NCBI GenBank assembly: GCA_951406725.2
Contig: OX597822.1
Span: forward strand, 46,624,001-46,688,000
Origin: Octopus vulgaris
Lineage: Eukaryota
Length of the DNA: 64,000 nt
Direction of reading: 5' to 3'
In this document: positions 39,450 through 51,814 of the stretch, piece after piece
How positions within the stretch are numbered: the stretch's first letter is position 1
How the letters are laid out: every line of letters starts with the position of its first letter
Notes under the pieces: model-generated
The model's database searches: none
Seen by the model: only the letters and a program-made list of their open reading frames with translations
Told to the model about the DNA's origin: nothing
Program-made: the position numbers and the translations under genes

Positions 39450-39720
39450 TAAGGTCACTGTCATGTTGGACACCAGTTTTTTTTCCATCTGTTGTAGTCA
39501 TGTATCAGAGCTTGACATTTTGCCAAAGGATTGCTTATCCATTCTTTAATGTGAGTCCATCTTTCTTCTGTCTGCCTATCCTTCTTCCTCCACTCTATGG
39601 TTCCTTGAAGAATGGTCTTTGCAAAGCCACTGTTATGTGGCTGCACATCTCTTTTCTTTTGCTTCCTTGTTGTGGCCTCTTCATGGAGTCCAATTTGATA
39701 CTGTTTTCTCAAACCCAATT
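39450..39720 (-). mobile_element. RTE-type LINE 3' end fragment
   Basis: The minus strand encodes GFAKTILQGTIEWRKKDRQ..RW..IKEW, the typical C-terminus of RTE ORFs (KTILQGxxEGxRxRGRxxxRWxDNIKEW). Confidence 0.7.
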
Positions 39721-40137
39721 ATTGACTATTTAACCTTGTCAACAACTAATGTACCGTTTTTGCAGACCCTTCAACACAATGAGGTTGGTATTTAGTTGAT
39801 GGAGGTCAATGTCTGTGAAAAAAATGTGGGCTAAGAGTGTGCAACTGTTTTCTTGTTATAAATTAATAATCCATCAGTAATTCAGGTTAAGCCTGTCTAT
39901 TAACATAAATAGGGCAAAACAAAAACAAATTAATGAACAAGAGTACAAAGTCTTTAATTTTATTGTGGAGGAATGTAGTGAATTTTTCGATTGTCCTATT
40001 GTCAAATAGTCACATGGTTGATCTGACTTCATTAAAGAGTGCTCTTTAGGTGTTCATGGAAGCAGTGGCTGTCAGTTTGTCAGAAAGTCGGGGAGGGTGT
40101 TGAAGAATCATCATGTGTATCAGAGTGGGTTTTTTTT

Positions 40138-40367
40138 TTAACCCTTTAGCATTTAAACCGGCCATATCCGGCCAAAAGTATTCTGCCTGTTTTATGTTCA
40201 AACTGGCCAGATCTGGTCTCTCAGACCAACCCTACAATATTGTTTTAAAAATTAACAGCTACCTCATCAAAATCTCATAGCTACAAGATTAATGAATGAT
40301 TAATTCAAAACAATGTAGATGAAGAAGCATTAATTTTGGCAGAATAATGTGAACACTATAGGGTTAA
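40138..40367 (+). mobile_element. TTAA MITE family P2
   Basis: TTAACCCTTTAGCATT...CACTATAGGGTTAA. Confidence 0.85.
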
Positions 40368-40870
40368 AGTAAGTTTTCAAGTAAGGTCTTTTTTGTAGAA
40401 AAGGAAGACATTACCAAACATGGAGTGTGCACACATACATACATACACACACACATGCACACACCAGAGTCAACAGAATGTGGACTGTGAGACTTAGCAA
40501 GAAACAAGTTCAAAAAACAGTTTCTATAGCAAGATTTGAACTGCTGATTATTGTCTTGTAAACCCTCTTATCATTTCAGCTCAGCTAGTGTCCTTCAAAT
40601 GTGGAGGGCAAAAAAAAAAAAAAAGTATTGATCATAATGATAAGAATACTCTATTTTAAGCACTATGGTATCACCTAAAACTAGGCGTTTGGATTTTCTT
40701 GTCTCATATTCCTGGTAATAACATTGGTTAATTGCTTTGATTGTTGTTGAATTAAAACAGAATAAGGAGACACACAAAGTGGAAAGTGTTGACTGCTTTT
40801 TCAGCATAATGTCTTTCAAATTTCATGAGATTGTGGCTGTTTTAGTAATAAAACTTATAATCACTCACAT

Positions 40871-40917
<47 letters not shown>

Positions 40918-41309
40918 ATACAGAGAGAGAGAGAGAGAGAGAGAGATGCTTTCTTATATAAATAAGAAAAACTGTCTGTAATGAAATTTAGAATTAGAGT
41001 GGTGCATACACACATACTCACTTTTTTCTTTGTATAATGTTATACCGCAGCAAGTTTAGTAGTAAAAATTATAATTAGTTGTATTGAGTGTGCATTGCTT
41101 TTTTTTATATAGTGATATGCTTTGGAGCTGTTTTAATAATAAAACTTGTAATTAGTCACTCACTATCTCTTCCTCTCTCAGTGTGTATATACATATACAA
41201 TATAATACCTTCTTATATTAACAAGTTTTGGGGTTTTATCATAAAACTTATCACCTTAGTCACATTCATTCTGTCTGTCTGTCTGTCTCTCTCTCTCCCT
41301 CTCTCTCTC

Positions 41310-41324
41310 TATATATATATATAT

Positions 41325-41372
<48 letters not shown>

Positions 41373-41998
41373 ATATATATATATATATATGTATGTATAT
41401 ATATGTGTATATATATATGTATATATATATGTATATATATATATGTGTATGTATATATATATGTGTATGTATATATATATATATGTGTATATATATATAT
41501 GTATATATATATGTGTATATATATATGTATATATATATGTATATATATATGTATATATATATGTATATATATATATGTATATATATATATGTATATGTAT
41601 ATATATATGTATATACATATATATATGTATATATATATATATATGTATGTATGTATATATATATGTATATATATATATATGTATATATATATGTATGTAT
41701 GTATGTATATATATATATGTATGTATATATATATGTATGTATATATATATGTATGTATATATATATGTATGTATGTATATATATGTATGTATGTATGTAT
41801 ATATATATATGTATGTATGTATATATATATATGTATGTATGTATATGTATGTATGTATATGTATGTATGTATGTATATATATATATGTATGTATGTATAT
41901 ATGTATGTATGTATGTATATATGTATGTATGTATGTATATATGTATGTATGTATGTATATATGTATATATGTATGTATATATATATATATACATACAC
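41310..41998. repeat. Compound (TA)n/(TATATG)n/(TATG)n microsatellite, about 690 bp
   Basis: Nearly uninterrupted alternating purine-pyrimidine tract; it is the source of the long Y/I/M/C/V-rich ORFs in all frames. Confidence 0.97.
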
Positions 41999-42921
41999 AG
42001 TGACCGAGACCTTTGGAGGTATGCTGTGCGTGAGAAAACCCGGCAAGACCAGTGAGAACAGTCAAAATCAAGATCAAACCAAATTGAGGTCGATCAACAT
42101 CAGGGCCCCCGTGCAGGTGACACGTAAAAGTACCATCCATTCGTAGCCGTTCGCCAGCCCTGTCTGGCCCCCGTGTAGGTGGCACGTAAAAGCACCATCC
42201 GTTCGTGTTCGTTGCCAGCCTGGCCTGGCCCCCGTGCCGGTGACACGTAAAAGCACCATCCGTTCGTGGCCGTTTGCCAGCTCTGTCTGGCCCCCGTGCC
42301 GGTGACATGTAAAAGCACCATCCGTTCGTGGCCGTTTGCCAGCCCTGTCTGGCCCCCATGTCGGTGACATGTAAAAGCACCATCCGTTCGTGTCCGTTGC
42401 CAGCCTCGCCTGGCCCCCGTGCCGGTGACACGTAAAAGCACCATCCGTTTGTGGCCGTTTGCCAGCCCTGTCTGGCCCCCATGTCGGTGGTATGTAAAAG
42501 CACCATCCGTTCGTGCCCGTTGCCAGCCTCGCCTGGCCCCCGTGCCGGTGACACGTAAAAGCACCATCCGTTTCGTGGCCGTTTGCCAGCTCTGTTTGGC
42601 CCCCGTGTTGGTGGCACGTAAAAGCACCATCCGTTCGTGTCCGTTGCCAGCCTCGCCTGGCCCCGTGCCGGTGACACGTAAAAGCACCATCCGTTCGTGG
42701 CCGTTTGCCAGCTCTGTCTGGCACCTGTGCAGGTGGCACGTAAAAAGCACCCACTACACTCACGGAGTGGTTGGCGTTAGGAAGGGCATCCAGCCGTAGA
42801 AACACTGCCAGATCTGACTGGGCCTGATGAAGCCTTCCAGCTTCACAGACCCCAGTTGAACCGTCCAACCCATGCTAGCATAGAGAACGGACGCTAAATG
42901 ATGATGATGATGATGATGATG
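41999..42921 (+). mobile_element. 5'-truncated RTE LINE 3' end (ORF terminus, 3'UTR with tandem array, (ATG)n tail)
   Basis: [18 protein letters not shown], then the array, then ggttggcgttaggaagggcatccagccgtagaaac...ccatgctagcat...(atg)8. It is CpG-rich and therefore likely young. Confidence 0.8.
42103..42750 (+). repeat. GC-rich minisatellite, about 10.5 units of 61-62 bp
   Basis: Unit ggcccccgtgccggtgacacgtaaaagcaccatccgttcgtggccgtttgccagctctgtct, with two alternating subtypes. Confidence 0.95.
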
Positions 42922-43036
42922 TAAGTTTGGATTTACTTCCTAATATTATTATTATACATTATATATATATATATATACATTATATATATATGTATATATA
43001 TACACATTTTATATATTTATATATATGTGTGTGTGT

Positions 43037-43090
<54 letters not shown>

Positions 43091-43499
43091 GTATGTATGT
43101 ATGGAGAGAGGGAGGAGGTGGGATATACAAAATGTTGTCTTTCTACAAAACACTTAATTGTTAAGTGAAGCCCTTTGACTTTTTCAATCCAAAGTGGGTT
43201 TTTCAACTCAATATTTACATGCTATTATTTACACCTCTGTCATCTTTATTGTACTTTGATGTGTTTTTATAAATGCTGTTGATTTCATGGTCTTTCATCA
43301 TGTTGGACATTGAATAACTCTTTCCTCACCACATTTCCTTCGATATAAACTTGCCTCTGTTTCAGTTACTTTTGTAATATAATCTAGAATTTGAAGGGGT
43401 TCTGTAAAACCACTAAAATTTATTCATTATAAAGCTGGGATGTAAAACATAGCAAAACAAAAATTGTGACAGATTTTGGGGGTAACAGAAATGTAAATA

Positions 43500-43935
43500 C
43501 TCATCATTATCATCATCATCATCATTTGACGTCTGTTGTCCATGCTGGTATGGGTTGAATGGTTTGATCAGGGCTGGCAAGCTGGAAGGATGCACCAAAC
43601 TCCAGTCTGAATTGGCATAGTTTCTACAGCTGCATGCCCTTCCTAAAACCAACCACTCCGAGGGTGTAATGGGTGCTTTTACGTGCTACTGGCATGGGTG
43701 CCATTTGCATGACTCCAGTATCAGCCATGACTGTAATTTTACTTGGCTTGATGGGTCTTCTCAAGCATGACTTAATGCCAAAGGTCTCGGTCATTCATCA
43801 TTGCCTCTGTGAGGCCTAACACTTGAAAGGAGCTTTTCATGTGCCATTGGCATCGGCCACTTTGCCTCCGTGTGGCCCAATGCTCACAAGGTTCTTTTTA
43901 TGTGCCACTGACATGGGTGCCAGTTACGTGACACT
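43500..43935 (-). mobile_element. RTE LINE 3' end copy
   Basis: (CAT)n tail, gcatgcccttcctaa, ggtgcttttacgtg, and the ORF-end sequence ccaaaggtctcggtcatt. Confidence 0.72.
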
Positions 43936-44837
43936 AGGATAATTTTGGTGATAAGTGTTAGTAATCTCTGGATGGTAGAGAATTATAGAATTCTGTGCTC
44001 TACTACTCCTCAGTTCTTAATGTCGTTCGACTGTATTCTCAACTTATAAATTTCTGCATAATCTTTGCCTTTATCCTTGGAACCAATGAAATAAATACTT
44101 CCCATTTACTGAATGTCAGTTCAATTTATTAACCAAAGATTTTTAATATCGGTGTCTGTGTTGTAATGATGATGATCATCATCATGATCATCAACATTTT
44201 GATGTCTACTTTCCATGCTGGCATGGGTTGGATGGGTCATCATATTCTGAACTATTTTTTATTGGGAGCCATAGATGGTGATCCCATGTAGCATTTGGGT
44301 TGGTTTCTAATTGATATTAAAAATTCTATCTTGTCTCTGTATTTGGTTTTTATTGTTTAGAACTCTTAATATATTTCCATTATGTCTAATTCAGCAAATT
44401 TGTTATCTACTAAATAAATGAATAAAAATGTTGCTGATAAAACCAGCTTTATCCATGCCCTTTCTATGTTGCTGATATATAACCGAACAAATAAGGTCAT
44501 TATTGAAGTCTAGTTTGACTCAGTGTCACACATTGCATTTTGTTATGTCTGATTATGTGGCCATCTGGCCATATTGATCCAGTTTCTTTTGTTATAAATA
44601 AATATAATTTGCAGACCTATCTCAGCTATACAGCATAGATTTTTATTAGTTTATTCCTTGTTGGGTTGCCTTACTCCACTCTCATCTTGTAGAACGTATG
44701 TTGATGAAATAAACCATTAAATTGGAGTTTTTGGCTGTAGCCAAACTGATTTATTGTGTTGGGCCACCATTTACGACTTATTACATGTGGTTTTTATGTG
44801 GCAGTAGACACTCCCCTGGGCTATGATAGTTGGTTCC

Positions 44838-45030
44838 TTAACCCTTTGACATTTAAACCGGCCACATCCGGGCCAAATCCAGCTTTTCACATCTACTCTA
44901 CAGTGTCATTCAAAAAATATAGTTACATCATTGAAGTTTCTAAGCTAAAAGATAATGCATGGTTAATTCAAAATAATGTGAATAAATAAGCATTATATTT
45001 GATAAAGTAACCTGAATGGTAAAGGGTTAA
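44838..45030 (+). mobile_element. TTAA MITE family P2 (internally deleted)
   Basis: TTAACCCTTTGACATT...GGTAAAGGGTTAA. Confidence 0.82.
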
Positions 45031-45239
45031 GCTTTCTGTTACTTGATATCTTTTCAATTTTTTGGCCTCTTCTTTGTAGTCTCTTACATTACAGTGACCT
45101 CAAGCCTTGTTTGGGACAAAACTGTATCTAATGTGGAAAATGAGTTTGGCTGTTAAATGGAGCAGTTGGTTGAGCAAATATAGAAACTTCTTTGCTGTAT
45201 TTCAAAAAAGAAAAAAATTTTATAATAATTGTAGTTTCT

Positions 45240-45775
45240 CAATTAGGCACAAGGTCAGTACTGTCTGAGAGGAGGGGGTTACTTGACACTAGTGATCCCA
45301 CTACATGACTGGTACTTTATTTTATTAACCACAAAACAACCAAAGGTAAATTTGATCCTAGTGAGATTTGAACTCTGAACATATAGAGTCAGAATAAGAA
45401 GAATCAACTCCAGGACAGGACTGTTGGTTTATTTATATCAACCCTGAAAGGCAAATAAACCCCAGTGGGATTTGAACTCAGTATGTAAAGACCCACACAT
45501 AAATACCACAAGACATTTTTTTTTTCTGACTCTACTGATTCTGCCTATCCACCACCCTAATAATATTGTTTCTGATTAAGGCAGAAGGCCAGTCATTTTG
45601 AGGGGAGGGGAGGGACACTGATCCCTATACTTAACTGGTACTTGATTGACAGTCCTGGAGAAATGAAAGGCAAAGTTGACCTCAGTAGGATTTCAATTCT
45701 GAATGTAAAGAGCCAGAAGAAATACCACAAGGAATTTTGTCCAATGCTTTACCAATCCTGCTAATTCCAATAATA
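45240..45775 (-). mobile_element. Three head-to-tail degenerate Nin-type SINE copies
   Basis: The motif aaaggcaaagttgacctcagtaggatttgaactc recurs at about 45345, 45450 and 45670. Confidence 0.65.
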
Positions 45776-46099
45776 ACATTTAATGTAGATTAGTGATATG
45801 TTTTGAGAAACAAGAATTCATTTTCATTATTGAATGAATTATTTCTCTGATAGAAAAAAAGAAGGAAAAAAATGTTGCAAATTTTTTACATTGTTAAACA
45901 TTCATTCATTCATTCATTACACTGCATTCATCCCTATCGCCATCGCTCTTTGTATAACACCCTCTTTTTATACGCTTGCATACTCATTCACCCTCTCCAA
46001 CCATCTGAACCACTTCTCTTATATTCACCTTTCTGTAACCTGAGGCTACACCCTGATCCCTCTTCCCTATCTTCTCTCCTTTTCTATTTAAGGTAACCA

Positions 46100-46462
46100 T
46101 GTAGGCACAAGTGTGTCTCTGTGCTAAGAAGTTTGTTTCTCAACCACATGGCTCTGTGTTCAGATCCACTGCGTGGCATTTTGGGCACGTGTCTTCTACT
46201 ATGACCTCGGGTCGACCAAAGCCTTGTGTGTGTGGATTTAGTAGATAGAAACTGAAAGAAGCTTGTTGTACACGTGTGTGGGTTTGTGTATTTGTCCCCC
46301 ACCATCTTGACAACTAGCATTGGTATGTTTACACCTCTATAACTTAGCAGTTCAATAAAATAAGTACCAGACTTTATATAAAAAAAATTACTGGGGTTGA
46401 TTCATTCAACTAAAAATTCTTTAAGGCAGTGCACCAGCATGGTTGCAAAAGATAAAAGATGT
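46100..46462 (+). mobile_element. Family A tRNA-SINE
   Basis: Head, body and tail as in the 8281 copy. Confidence 0.8.
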
Positions 46463-47419
46463 ATTGTCTCTCTATCATACTTTAACCTCTCATCACCAGG
46501 CATAAGAAATCACCTCCCTCAATACTAAACCCACCCTCAGTTGAGGGCTCTTGTCTTGTGAATTATTTGGTGACCTCACTGGTGTTGGTGCCATGTAAAG
46601 TGCACCCAGTACACTTTGAAGTGGTTGGTGTGTTGGGCAGGGCATCAAAACAAACATTGGAGCTTGGTGCAGTTCTCTGGCTCATTGGCTCCTGTTAAAC
46701 TGTTCAACCTGTGCCAGCATGGGGGAAAAACATTAAATGATGATGAAAACTGTGTATAATTCTTCCAATGCTTTCACTGTATCATTCTAAATACCCTTCT
46801 CAAGCTTCTTATAATTGATTTCCTCTCATTGTATATTCCGATGTCATAAAAACAACCTCTGTCGCTTTGATCTCATTAATTGCATAGCACTCAACATTTC
46901 ACCACCATCACGATATGACTTACACCTTTGACTAAACTCTCTGGAATTTTCTTTGTGCTTGCATTTTTCCTGCAGATACCAACTTACAGGTGTTCAAGTT
47001 GGGCATCAACTAATTTTGAGGGGCTTCTGGAGGTCAAGGGTACTTACCCATCTTCTAACTGAACCATAAAGTAAAGGGACTATGGAGTTGTTATTTTGAT
47101 ATAAGTCCCCTAACATATTGGGTTGCAGAGGAAGAAACTGCTAGAGAGAGTGTAGTGCATGCAGGTCACCAATGCATCTCTATGCTATAAGCTAATACAT
47201 TTCACTCCCAATTCTGTGAGCTAACAAAACACCTAGTCAATTATACAGAGCTGCCTCAACTTGTTACAATGTGATGTTGCTTTCCTGCATACCTCCTTAC
47301 AGCTGGGTGCAGCAGATATCCTTTCTTCAAAACACTTTTCTTTGTCCTCAGCATTTAATCTTCTATAGAGGTTTATGTCTTAAAATACTGTCACACTTTA
47401 ACCCGCCCTCTTCTTGTAT

Positions 47420-47950
47420 CTATTTCTTTCTCTCCCACTCTCTCTCTTTCTCTCTCTCTCTCTCATTCACACACACACTTTGTGTTGTTACATGTTTTTA
47501 TTCACACCATTCTTTTTCCTTTCTCTTTCTATCATCTCTCTGTCTCATTTCTCATTTTTCTTTTTTTTTATCTCTCTTTTTCCCCAATCTCCTCTCTTTC
47601 TCTTCTATTTTTTCCTTCACATCTTTCTTGTGTCTCCTCTCTTATCCTTCCCACTTTATCATTTCATTCTCTATTATTCATTTATATTCTCATCCTCTCT
47701 GTTATTCCTTTTACTCTATTTCTTCAATTTTCCTTCTTCTTTTACCTTGTTTTCTTCTCCTACATTCTCTCTTTTTCTCTTTCCCCGCCCACACACAATC
47801 AGTTCTCAATATTGTTGCGGATTAAATCTCACCTCATGAACATGTGAACTTTTTAAGCAGCTTTTCTCATATTTTCTTTTTTATCTCTCTCTCCCCTCCT
47901 ATCTTCTTTTGCTGTCTTATCTTCTAAATCTCTCTTCCTCTCTCATATGT
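47420..47950. repeat. Pyrimidine-rich (CT/TTC) low-complexity tract
   Basis: Strong C/T skew; produces spurious F/S/L-rich ORFs. Confidence 0.85.
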
Positions 47951-48106
47951 CTCTAGAACAATATAATAACTATGGTTTAGTTGCTTGCCTGCCCTAATAC
48001 ATTCCACTTACAGTAAAGTGCTTCTGTTTGAAATCAATAGAACAAATGTAAAATATAACTTTACTCTTACTTATTATTCTCCTTTGCTGATTTTTTTCTT
48101 CTGTAT

Positions 48107-48480
48107 TTTAACCTCTGCCTTAGTGAAGGTGGAGGTATTGTTTTCAATCCTGTTTGTTAGTTTGATTATCTGTGGACAAGATAGCTCAAGAACCACTGGA
48201 TGGATTTGGATCAAACTTTCAGGGATGATTGACCTTGTGACTGGCACAAACTGATTAAATTTTAGGATCACTCCGGTACTGGACAAGGATTCTGGATTAT
48301 TTTTCCTGTTTTTTTTTTACTTAATTTTTGAGAGCAATCGGGTTCATTTTTGTATTCTCATTTGTGAGAGCAATCGTGTTTATTTCAGATATTCTCATTT
48401 TAAAAATCATCTCTGGCTAATCATTGAGAGAACATTGGTGTTGCCTTGCTGGAGGTTTGCACTCTCTGGGTTCTCTTGTT
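48107..48480 (+). mobile_element. Helentron-associated non-autonomous element (HINE-type)
   Basis: 5' palindrome ACCTCTGCCT-tagtga-AGGTGGAGGT, a gtttgt microrepeat, a subterminal inverted ggaggt near the 3' end followed by a short hairpin, and T-rich flanks. Confidence 0.7.
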
Positions 48481-49559
48481 TTTTAATGTTTTATTTCTTT
48501 CATTTATGGAAAATTTGTCTTCAGACTGGTCAGTGGTTCATGGGATTTCCACAGGCACAATTGTGTCATTAAGAAGCTTGCTTCCCAACCACAATGTTTT
48601 CAGGTTCAATCCCACTGCATTCCATCTTGAGCAAGTGTCTTCTATAGCCCCAAGCTCACCAAAGCCTTGTGAATGGATTTGGTCAACGGAATCTAAAAGA
48701 AGTCCATTGTATCTGTCTGTGTTTTTGTGCCTCCTTGTCTTGACATGAAATGATTGTTGTAAATGAATGCCATTCATTTCCAATTTTCTGTGAAAACATG
48801 TCTGGCCATACTTGGGAACAGGTGAGAGTTGGCAACAGGATGGGTGTCCAGCCACAGATAATCTACCTCAATAAACTCTGTTCGATTCTTACAACCATAG
48901 TAAAGTGGATGTTAAAATAATGATGATAATGAGAGTGATGGTGGGGTCAGTATATAATTCCAGGAAGTTTGGTACCTAGTCTATCGGTTTTTTTTTTACT
49001 GAACCACTAAGTTATGGAGACATAAGCCAACACAGATTGTATGTCTAGGACTATAAAAGTAGGTACTTGCCTAAGGCGCTGTGCTGTGGGACTGAACCCT
49101 AAACCTTGTGCTTGCAAAGTGAGATTCTTAATCATATAGCCATACCTCTCACAATTTACCTTTATTCCCCACTCCTTCACCCACCTCTGTATTCTAATCC
49201 TGCTAGGATCAAAATGTAATTTTCATTCACAGAGGTTGATTCTATCTACAATATTCATTTGTTTTTCATGTGTGAAATGAGCAACTGAACAGTCTTTTAT
49301 TTGGAGGTCCTTGCCGAAATTTTATACATCCTGTAGAACACATTCAGTTAAAAAGGAAATATATAACTCCTGAGGAGGACACAAACAGTATTTCTTTGTC
49401 TCTAACCTTTATGAATAACAGTAAAATGAAATTTCAAGTATGACATCTTCAAACTTATGGCCAATCCTTCTATTAATGTTTGTGTTATACTATTTCATTT
49501 GAGAGGAAAAACAAAATTTTATTACTCCCTGTAGATGACATCATCCAGTCTGAAGATAA

Positions 49560-49770
49560 ACTGAACTCAATTGTCAAGATCGTTTTGCAATGGATTCCAC
49601 AAGGTAAAAGAAGACATGGTGGAGAGCAATAATGAAAGATCTTAAAAGCAGAGGGTTAACAATGGAACCAGCTGTCAAGGATGCTCTCAGTACTAGAAGG
49701 TGGAATGATTTTGCTGTAACCTCAAGTGCCACAAGGCACAACAAGAACCAAATGGATGAATGTAGATGAC
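49560..49770 (+). mobile_element. RTE-type LINE 3' end fragment
   Basis: IVKIVLQWIPQGKRR...TWWRAIMKDLKSRGLT...RRW, typical of the RTE C-terminus. Confidence 0.65.
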
Positions 49771-50851
49771 ATCATCATCATCACTATTTTAGCATCTGTT
49801 TCCCATGCTGGCATGGAGGGTGATACCATCTGAGTGTGGACACTGTTGGCAGTAATTGCAAAATTGCTTTTCCTAATTTTGTCAAATTTTATGGCACAGG
49901 AATTCTAGTTAATATGAAAATAACATTGCGTGTGTGTGTGTGTGTGTGTGTGTCCCCATTGGACAACTGACTATGGTAGTTAGTGAACAGGGAGGTGGAT
50001 ACAATATTACAGGAGAAAGAGAATGGGTGAGTTTGTTTTTCCTTTCAAATGAAATAGTATGGCACAAACATTAATAGGAGGGTTGGTCATGATGTCATAC
50101 TAGAAATTCCATTTTACTGTTATTCGTGAAGGTTAGAAACAAGGAGACACTGTTTGTGTCCTCATCAGGAATTATATTTTTCTGTTTTTACTGAATGTGT
50201 TCTGTAGTTAATTCTTTTATGTGTTCCAGCCCAAAGGCTGCAGCTGGACGGGGACATTGCCATTTGTTTAGTTAATATTGGCAATTTATTAAATTAGCTA
50301 CTTGTTTTGATGTTTTTATTTCACTTTTCATGTGTTAGGTTAGAAAATGAAATTTAACATGGAGCAGATAATTCCCCAGTTTTGAACCTGCAGCATCTCT
50401 TTTCAAAGTTAAATCCCTTTTTGATTAACATTACAATATTTGGTAATATTGAGCATAGCTAGTTGTAATACATCACTGAATCTAATCAACATACTTACTG
50501 GCTCCCCTAATTAGCATCAGATTTGACAAGTATCAACAGGTAATGAAGAAACCGTTTTAGTTTTGGTAACTAAATAAAAAAAAAATGCCGCCAAAAGTGG
50601 TAGAGGAGTTCATTGTCCTGCCAGGTATGCACAAATTTTATTGCGTGTACCATTTATTTTTATTATAAATAAATAAATAAATCGTCTTGGTGATTTTATA
50701 ATTTTTAAGGAGTGTTTCTACATAAGCAATTTGTGAACTGAATTGAATGACTTCATTTTCAATTTTCTGTTCTGTTAATCCGTATGTCTCATTTATCTTG
50801 AATTGATGTTTGTCAGTAAAAGATATAGTTGCATTCACCAAAAGGCATGAA

Positions 50852-50884
<33 letters not shown>

Positions 50885-51133
50885 TACTACAAAAGCACTG
50901 CTATTTAATTATGCTTTATTTCACACACATCTAATTCGAAAACTCTGTGTCATAACTGTAAATTAGATATATTACCATTTAGAATTATGAAAACATTACT
51001 GAAGACCTGTCTTTTTTTTCAATGTGCCACTTATGTCTTCTTCATTGACACTGGACTATAATGTTACTGTAAACATTTGAATATTTGTTCTAATTTAATG
51101 ACTTGATTAATTTTATTTTGTGTTTCTTTTCAG

Positions 51134-51814
51134 GCCACGATATCGGTTAAGGAAGTCCAAAAGTCGCAGTCCAAGTCCATATGCCCAGAAATGGGCACAC
51201 CGTAGCCGATCGCGATCTCGCAGTCGTGGTCGTCACTACACATGGAGACGAACTAGGTCTCGCAGTCATTCCAGGGGCCGGTCTTTAGCTGGCACCAAAA
51301 TTAGTTATTCTAACGTGAAATATTGTAACAGTTTAGGGGCTGAATTAAATAAAGTAAAGGCTCGTGAGGCGAGTAAGTCTAGTCAGTATGTGCCTAGAAA
51401 CAGAAAAATGACAAAAGACTCACCACAAGTGATAATAGAAATAGTGGAAAGGACTCCATCACATTCACCTTCATCTGATTCACATCGGAGCCCTTCAGTG
51501 AAAGCGGAATCAGAAGCTCCCACTCCTAAATCTGATCATTCGAAAGATAAATGTGAAGAGGAAAAAACTCCTATTAAACTAGAGACTCCAAAGAACAAAT
51601 CCGAGATTTTCTGTGAAGAATCTGAAACAGAACAGAAAGATGAGTTAACCCCTATTCCTGCTGAGCCTTTGTCTCCTGAGGTGAAACCTGAGCCAAAAAT
51701 ACCAACCCCAGAGCCAGATAGAAAACAGGTAATGAAAAGACTACCTCTCCCGCAAGTGTTACCTGTAGAAGAAATTGAGAGCGAATCTGACTCTCCAGAA
51801 CAAACACCACCAAG
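51134..51814 (+). CDS. CDK12: Internal coding exon of a CDK12/CDK13-like cyclin-dependent kinase (RS domain plus proline/acidic linker; equivalent of vertebrate exon 2)
   Basis: Acceptor ttttattttgtgtttcttttcag|G (AG at 51132-33) and donor CAAG|GTAAGC (GT at 51815-16). The exon is 681 nt, phase 2-2 and open throughout. The translation has KSKSRSPSPY...RSRSRSRSRGR, the motif SLGAELNK (cf. SLGAELS in human CDK12 and LAAELNK in CDK13) and ends in RLPLP...DSPEQTPPR, like the end of CDK12 exon 2. No kinase domain lies in the window, so the identity rests on recalled motif similarity. Confidence 0.78.

Noticed and set aside
41088-42868. Long ORFs of 212-473 aa on both strands
   Set aside because: They are translations of the (TA)/(TATG) microsatellite and the 61/62-bp array, open in several frames, with no splice or domain support.
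47271-47847. Hydrophobic 121-184 aa ORFs suggesting a membrane protein
   Set aside because: They arise from a pyrimidine-rich low-complexity tract that is open in all three frames.
51120-51133. ORF-track start (GTG at 51120) and stop (TAA at 51816-18) as a single-exon gene
   Set aside because: Both lie in intronic splice-site sequence (the polypyrimidine tract and the GTAAG donor).
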